Shown: in pieces, positions 59,314 through 64,000 of the stretch
How positions within the stretch are numbered: position 1 is the stretch's first letter
Layout: every line of letters begins with the position of its first letter
Assembly: GCA_965603855.1 (NCBI GenBank)
Contig: OZ272519.1
Coordinates: 3,957,833 to 4,021,832 of the forward strand
DNA length: 64,000 nucleotides
Reading direction: 5' to 3'
Source: Alphaproteobacteria bacterium
GTDB taxonomy: Bacteria > Pseudomonadota > Alphaproteobacteria > UBA8366 > G965603855
The notes under the pieces: generated by a model
Databases searched by the model: none
What the model was told of the DNA's origin: nothing
Seen by the model: the letters and a program-made list of their open reading frames with translations, nothing else
Program-made: the position numbers and the translations under genes

Positions 59314-60099
59314 ATGCTGCTAGAGGCTGTCAGCTACCTTACGACACCCTGCGCGACCTATGCGCGCCGGATGGGGTATCTGCGCGAGTCCATCGCCATC
59401 GAGGCCCGCTACAACCGCTGCCGCGCCAGCTGGGATCCGCATCTCGAGGCCTCCAAGGCGGTCATCCGCGAGGCGATCAGCCGCTGCGAGAGCCATCGCA
59501 AGGCGGTGGTGCTGGGATCAGGCCTGTTGCTGGATGTGCCGCTGCAAGATCTGTCGGACCGGTTCAAGTCGGTTCTGTTGGTCGACGTCGTGCATCTGCG
59601 CAACGCCAAGCGCAAGGCCGCGGCCCACTACAATGTCAGCCTGATGGAGGCCGACATCGCCGGCGTCGCGGAGGCCCTTCACCACGACGCCCACACCCTG
59701 TTCACGCCCAACACCAAGCTGCTGGTCGACGATCCCGAGGTCGATCTCGTGATCTCGGCAAACCTGGCCTCGCAGCTGCCGACGGTTCCCTTGGCCTTCG
59801 TGGAAAAGCGCATCCATATCGACACCGACACCGCCTGGGATTTCGGGCGCGACATCGTTGCCGGCCACCTGAATCACCTGCGTGCTTTCGACGCGGTGCA
59901 GTGCCTGATCACCGACCGGCGCCGGACCGTCGTCGACGGAAACGGCGATGTGGTCGAGGACATGGACGCCCTGTTCGGGATCGAACTGCCGGTCACCGAC
60001 GCCATGTGGGACTGGGAAATCGCGCCGTTGGGCGAAATCGCGTCGAACCGGTCGATCCGCAACGAAGTGCACGGCTTCGCGGACCTTCGCACCGCATGA
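59314..60099 (+). CDS. Conserved-looking hypothetical protein, possibly Rossmann/methyltransferase-like fold
   Basis: 261-aa ORF. The spacing AVVLGSGLLLDVPL ... VLLVDVV ... MEADIAG ... DLVISANLASQLP loosely follows class I methyltransferase motifs I, post-I, II and III. The Gly-rich loop is degenerate. Confidence 0.55.
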   Translation: MLLEAVSYLTTPCATYARRMGYLRESIAIEARYNRCRASWDPHLEASKAVIREAISRCESHRKAVVLGSGLLLDVPLQDLSDRFKSVLLVDVVHLRNAKRKAAAHYNVSLMEADIAGVAEALHHDAHTLFTPNTKLLVDDPEVDLVISANLASQLPTVPLAFVEKRIHIDTDTAWDFGRDIVAGHLNHLRAFDAVQCLITDRRRTVVDGNGDVVEDMDALFGIELPVTDAMWDWEIAPLGEIASNRSIRNEVHGFADLRTA

Positions 60100-60219
60100 A
60101 ACGGCGGCGCGATGCTGCGCCGAAGCCCTCCTCCGTCTCCTTGACTCCGGCTGCAAGCCGCGCCACAACGCGGCCTGCAGGACTGTGAGCATTTTGTCCG
60201 GACGCGCGAAGGATACGCA

Positions 60220-60969
60220 ATGAAAGTACTGGTCCCGGTCAAGCGGGTCGTCGACTACAACGTCAAGATCCGAGTCAAGGCAGACGAATCCGGCGTCGAA
60301 ACCGCCAACGTCAAGATGTCGATGAACCCGTTCGACGAGATCGCCGTCGAACAGGCGGTGCGCATGCACGAAGCCGGAACCGCGACGGAGATCGTCGTGG
60401 TGTCCCTGGGCGTTTCCCAGTGTCAGGAAACCATCCGCACCGCGCTTGCCATGGGGGCCGATCGGGGCGTCCTGGTGGAGAGCGACGCCGAACTGCAGCC
60501 GTTGGCCGTCGCCAAGCTGTTGGCGGCGATCGTGGCCAAAGAGGATCCCGGCCTGGTGATCCTGGGCAAACAGGCCATCGACGACGACTCCAACCAGACC
60601 GGCCAGATGCTGGCGGCGCTGTTGGGTTGGCCGCAGGCGACCTTCGCATCGAAGATCGCGCTGGCCGACGGCAGCGCCGACGTCACCCGCGAGATCGATG
60701 GCGGGCTGGAGACGATCAAGGTGAAGCTACCGGCCGTTGTGTCCGTCGATCTGCGGCTGAACGAGCCGCGTTATGCGTCGCTGCCGAACATCATGAAGGC
60801 GAAGAAGAAGCCCATCGACACCATGACGCCCGACGAGCTTGGCGTCGACGTGGCGCCGCGCCTGGCGACGGTCAAGGTGACCGAACCGCCGCGGCGTCAG
60901 GGTGGCGTCAAGGTCGAAAGCGTTGCCGAGCTGGTCGACAAGCTGCGCAACGAAGCAAAAGTCATCTGA
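60220..60969 (+). CDS. etfB: Electron transfer flavoprotein beta subunit
   Basis: 249-aa [23 protein letters not shown] ... [16 protein letters not shown] ... [19 protein letters not shown] is canonical EtfB. Confidence 0.95.
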   Translation: MKVLVPVKRVVDYNVKIRVKADESGVETANVKMSMNPFDEIAVEQAVRMHEAGTATEIVVVSLGVSQCQETIRTALAMGADRGVLVESDAELQPLAVAKLLAAIVAKEDPGLVILGKQAIDDDSNQTGQMLAALLGWPQATFASKIALADGSADVTREIDGGLETIKVKLPAVVSVDLRLNEPRYASLPNIMKAKKKPIDTMTPDELGVDVAPRLATVKVTEPPRRQGGVKVESVAELVDKLRNEAKVI

Positions 60970-60986
60970 GGCAGGAACGACACATC

Positions 60987-61922
60987 ATGAGCATCCTGGT
61001 TATCGCCGAGCATGACGGGACCGAGTTGAAGGCGGGGACGCTGAACACGGTCACGGCCGCCGGGGCCATCGGCGGCGAGATCCACCTTCTGGTCGCCGGC
61101 AGCGGCTGCACCGCCGTCGGCGAGGCCGCCGCGAAGGTCGCCGGCGTCGCCAAGGTCCTGTCGGCCGATGCACCCGAGTTCGACAACCAGCTTGCCGAGA
61201 ACCTGGCGCCGCTGGTCGTGAACCTGGCCGCCGGCTACGACCACGTGCTGGCGCCGGCCGGGACCTTCGGCAAGAACCTGATGCCGCGCGTGGCGGCGCT
61301 TCTGGACGTGCAGCAGATTTCCGAGATCATTGCCGTGCACGGCCCGGACACGTTCGACCGGCCGATCTATGCCGGCAACGCGATCGCCACGGTGACGTCT
61401 TCGGACAAGATCAAGGTCGTGACCGTGCGTACCACCGCCTTCGAGGCCGCCGCGGCCGAAGGCGGTTCGGCAGCGACGGAGACCGTCGCCGGCACAGGCG
61501 ATGCCGGCCTTTCCAGCTTCGTCGGCGCGGAAATGTCCAAGAGCGAGCGGCCGGAACTGACCTCGGCCCGGGTCATCATTTCCGGCGGCCGCGGCATGCA
61601 AAGCGGCGAGAACTTCGCCATTCTCGAAACGGTGGCCGACAAGCTGGGGGCCGCGGTCGGCGCCAGCCGCGCCGCGGTGGATGCGGGCTTCGTTCCCAAC
61701 GACTACCAGGTCGGCCAGACCGGCAAGGTCGTGGCGCCGGATCTCTATATCGCCGTCGGCATCTCCGGCGCAATCCAGCACCTGGCGGGCATGAAGGATT
61801 CAAAAGTTATCGTGGCCATAAACAAAGACGAGGAAGCGCCAATCTTTCAGGTCGCGGACTATGGCCTGGTCGCGGACCTGTTCGAGGCAGTGCCGGAGCT
61901 TGATGCGGCACTGAAGGACTGA
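60987..61922 (+). CDS. etfA: Electron transfer flavoprotein alpha subunit
   Basis: In-frame part of track ORF 60420-61922 with ATG at 60987. [11 protein letters not shown] is followed by the FAD-binding C-terminal part SGGRGM ... [11 protein letters not shown] ... QVGQTGK ... [19 protein letters not shown]. Confidence 0.95.
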   Translation: MSILVIAEHDGTELKAGTLNTVTAAGAIGGEIHLLVAGSGCTAVGEAAAKVAGVAKVLSADAPEFDNQLAENLAPLVVNLAAGYDHVLAPAGTFGKNLMPRVAALLDVQQISEIIAVHGPDTFDRPIYAGNAIATVTSSDKIKVVTVRTTAFEAAAAEGGSAATETVAGTGDAGLSSFVGAEMSKSERPELTSARVIISGGRGMQSGENFAILETVADKLGAAVGASRAAVDAGFVPNDYQVGQTGKVVAPDLYIAVGISGAIQHLAGMKDSKVIVAINKDEEAPIFQVADYGLVADLFEAVPELDAALKD

Positions 61923-61966
61923 CAAACGAAACCAAGCGCCCCGCCGTTCGGGGCGGAAGGATTGGC

Positions 61967-62845
61967 ATGAGCAACATCGACAAGATCGGCGTCATCGGCG
62001 CCGGACAGATGGGCAACGGCATCGCCCATGTGGCGGCGCTGACCGGTATCGAGGTGGTGCTGCTGGACGTCTCCCAGAAGGCGTTGGAGGCAGCGATCAA
62101 GACGATCGACCGCAATCTGGAGCGGATGGTCCGGCGCGAGAAGATCGCCGCAGCGGACAAGGACCAGGCACTGGCCCGGATCGCGACAAGCACGGAGTAC
62201 AAATCGTTCGCCGACTGCGACGTGGTGATCGAAGCCGCGGCCGAGAACGAAGCGGTCAAGAAGGAGATCCTGAAGGCAGTTATCGCGGTGATCAAGCCGG
62301 ACGCCTATCTGGCGACCAACACCTCGTCGATCTCCATCACGCGGCTTGCCGCGGCAAGCGACCGGCCGGACCGGTTCATCGGCATGCATTTCATGAACCC
62401 GGTGCCGGTGATGAAGCTGGTCGAACTGATCCGGGGCCTCGCCACTTCCGAGGAAACCTTCGAAACGTTCGTCGCGTTCGCCAACCGGCTCGGCAAAACC
62501 GTGGCGACAGCGGAGGATTTCCCTGCTTTCATCGTCAACCGGATCCTGCTGCCGATGGTCAACGAGGCGATCTACGCGCTGTACGAAGGCGTCGGCAACG
62601 TCGAGGCGATCGACACCGCCATGAAGCTGGGCGCGAACCACCCGATGGGTCCCCTGGAACTGGCCGACTTCATCGGCTTGGACACCTCGCTGGCGATCAT
62701 GCAGGTGCTGTATGACGGGCTCGCCGATTCCAAGTACCGGCCCTGCCCGCTGTTGGTGAAGTATGTGGAGGCCGGCTGGCTCGGCAAGAAATCGGGCCGC
62801 GGCTTTTACGACTATTCGGGGGACACGCCGGTCCCGACGCGCTAA
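61967..62845 (+). CDS. hbd: 3-hydroxyacyl/3-hydroxybutyryl-CoA dehydrogenase
   Basis: 292-aa ORF. IGVIGAGQMGNGIA (Rossmann), NTSSISIT, GMHFMNPVP, GFIVNR-type block (here AFIVNRIL) and HPMGPLELADFIGLD. Confidence 0.9.
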   Translation: MSNIDKIGVIGAGQMGNGIAHVAALTGIEVVLLDVSQKALEAAIKTIDRNLERMVRREKIAAADKDQALARIATSTEYKSFADCDVVIEAAAENEAVKKEILKAVIAVIKPDAYLATNTSSISITRLAAASDRPDRFIGMHFMNPVPVMKLVELIRGLATSEETFETFVAFANRLGKTVATAEDFPAFIVNRILLPMVNEAIYALYEGVGNVEAIDTAMKLGANHPMGPLELADFIGLDTSLAIMQVLYDGLADSKYRPCPLLVKYVEAGWLGKKSGRGFYDYSGDTPVPTR

Positions 62846-63417
62846 CCGGTTCGTTTCGAGACGTACCAGTCGATCAGCGCGCGCGCGTCCGCGCCGTCCC
62901 ATGCGGCGATCCCTTCCAGCTTGCCGACGATCATGCCGTCGGCATCGATCAGGAATGTGGTCGGCAGGCCGCGCAGTTCCATCGCCTTGCCGAAGCTCCA
63001 AGACGCGTCCAGGTGAAGCGCCAGGTTGGCGAGACCGAGCCGTTCGCGCAGGAACGGGCCCGCCACCTTGGCCCCGCCGCGGTCCTGGCTGATCGCCAGC
63101 ACCTGGAAACCGTCGCCGCCCAGTGCCGCCTGCAGCGCGTCGAGTTCCGGCATCTCGCGCACGCAAGGCGCGCACCAGGTCGCCCAGAAGTTCACCAAAA
63201 CCACCTTGCCGCGCCAGTCGGCAAGCCTCAGCGCCTTGCCGTCGGCATCGGTAAAGGTCGCATCTGGCGCTGGTTTTGGCGTTTCGTAGAGACTAAAGTG
63301 CGCCACGTCGCCCTGCACCGGGGGGATCTCGTCAGCCGCCGCGCGCGCAAGCGCAGCAACGACGATCCCGACCGCAAGCAGCAAGACAAACGTGTTCCGT
63401 GAACGCACCGGTACCAT
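62842..63417 (-). CDS. tlpA: TlpA-family periplasmic thiol:disulfide oxidoreductase
   Basis: In-frame part of track ORF 62842-63930. The ATG at complement 63417 gives a membrane anchor [23 protein letters not shown]. The thioredoxin motif is [16 protein letters not shown]. Confidence 0.85.
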   Translation of the reverse strand: MVPVRSRNTFVLLLAVGIVVAALARAAADEIPPVQGDVAHFSLYETPKPAPDATFTDADGKALRLADWRGKVVLVNFWATWCAPCVREMPELDALQAALGGDGFQVLAISQDRGGAKVAGPFLRERLGLANLALHLDASWSFGKAMELRGLPTTFLIDADGMIVGKLEGIAAWDGADARALIDWYVSKRTG

Positions 63418-63420
63418 CCC

Positions 63421-64000
<580 letters not shown>

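Overview
This is a visibly GC-rich 64-kb chromosomal segment; I did not compute the exact GC value. Gene content looks alphaproteobacterial: tlpA back-to-back with argH, COQ7-type ubiquinone hydroxylase, etfBA-hbd, many PAS/GGDEF/HD-GYP/class III cyclase signalling genes. That assignment is inference only.

I support about 60 protein-coding genes, one tRNA-Leu(CAA), one probable frameshifted gene, a pair of candidate LacI operators and a few hairpin terminators. I saw no rRNA, CRISPR array, transposase, integrase or phage genes. Many long ORFs in the six-frame track are antisense or alternate-frame artefacts of high GC and were discarded.

Layout:
- 1-8.3 kb: SDR, GH63-like hydrolase, LacI regulator and a sugar ABC importer (binding protein plus two atypical permeases, no ATPase), then an SMP-30 lactonase.
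- 8.4-20.8 kb: co-directional run of SRPBCC protein, FecR-domain protein, 4xPAS histidine kinase, GH31 glycosidase, 6-TM class III cyclase and a 960-aa ACP/fatty-acyl-AMP-ligase/acyltransferase fusion. It is closed by a convergent CHASE2 cyclase.
- 20.9-27.5 kb: formylglutamate amidohydrolase-like gene, a dehydrogenase, a secreted EF-hand protein with ECF sigma and putative anti-sigma, an S2P/CBS protease, a YeeE/YedE pair and an isochorismatase-like hydrolase.
- 27.6-38.7 kb: CoA-transferase, a LIV-type ABC system with a fused permease-ATPase, Fe-ADH, DUF1194, TetR and a PrpB-like lyase.
- 38.7-47.7 kb: signalling hub with PAS-GAF-GGDEF, a single receiver, a tight operon of PhnD-like binding protein, hybrid kinase with Hpt and REC-kinase, then tRNA-Leu and an HD-GYP protein.
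- 48-64 kb: frameshifted yqaA-like gene, dsbB-like and coq7, HNH, esterase, AlkA-like, gluQ, a Nudix / 8-TM / AEC operon, acyl-CoA dehydrogenase, a barnase homologue, HIG1, PduO-type adenosyltransferase, an unknown gene, etfBA, hbd, tlpA and argH (partial).

Most interesting candidates:
- the self-contained ACP-FAAL-acyltransferase flanked by two membrane cyclases;
- the EF-hand / ECF sigma / acidic-tail anti-sigma module;
- a barnase homologue with intact catalytic residues and no visible barstar;
- an Ig-like (DUF11-type) insertion in an ABC permease loop;
- the binding-protein / hybrid-kinase / REC-kinase operon.

All functional calls come from motif recognition by eye. No database search was possible.
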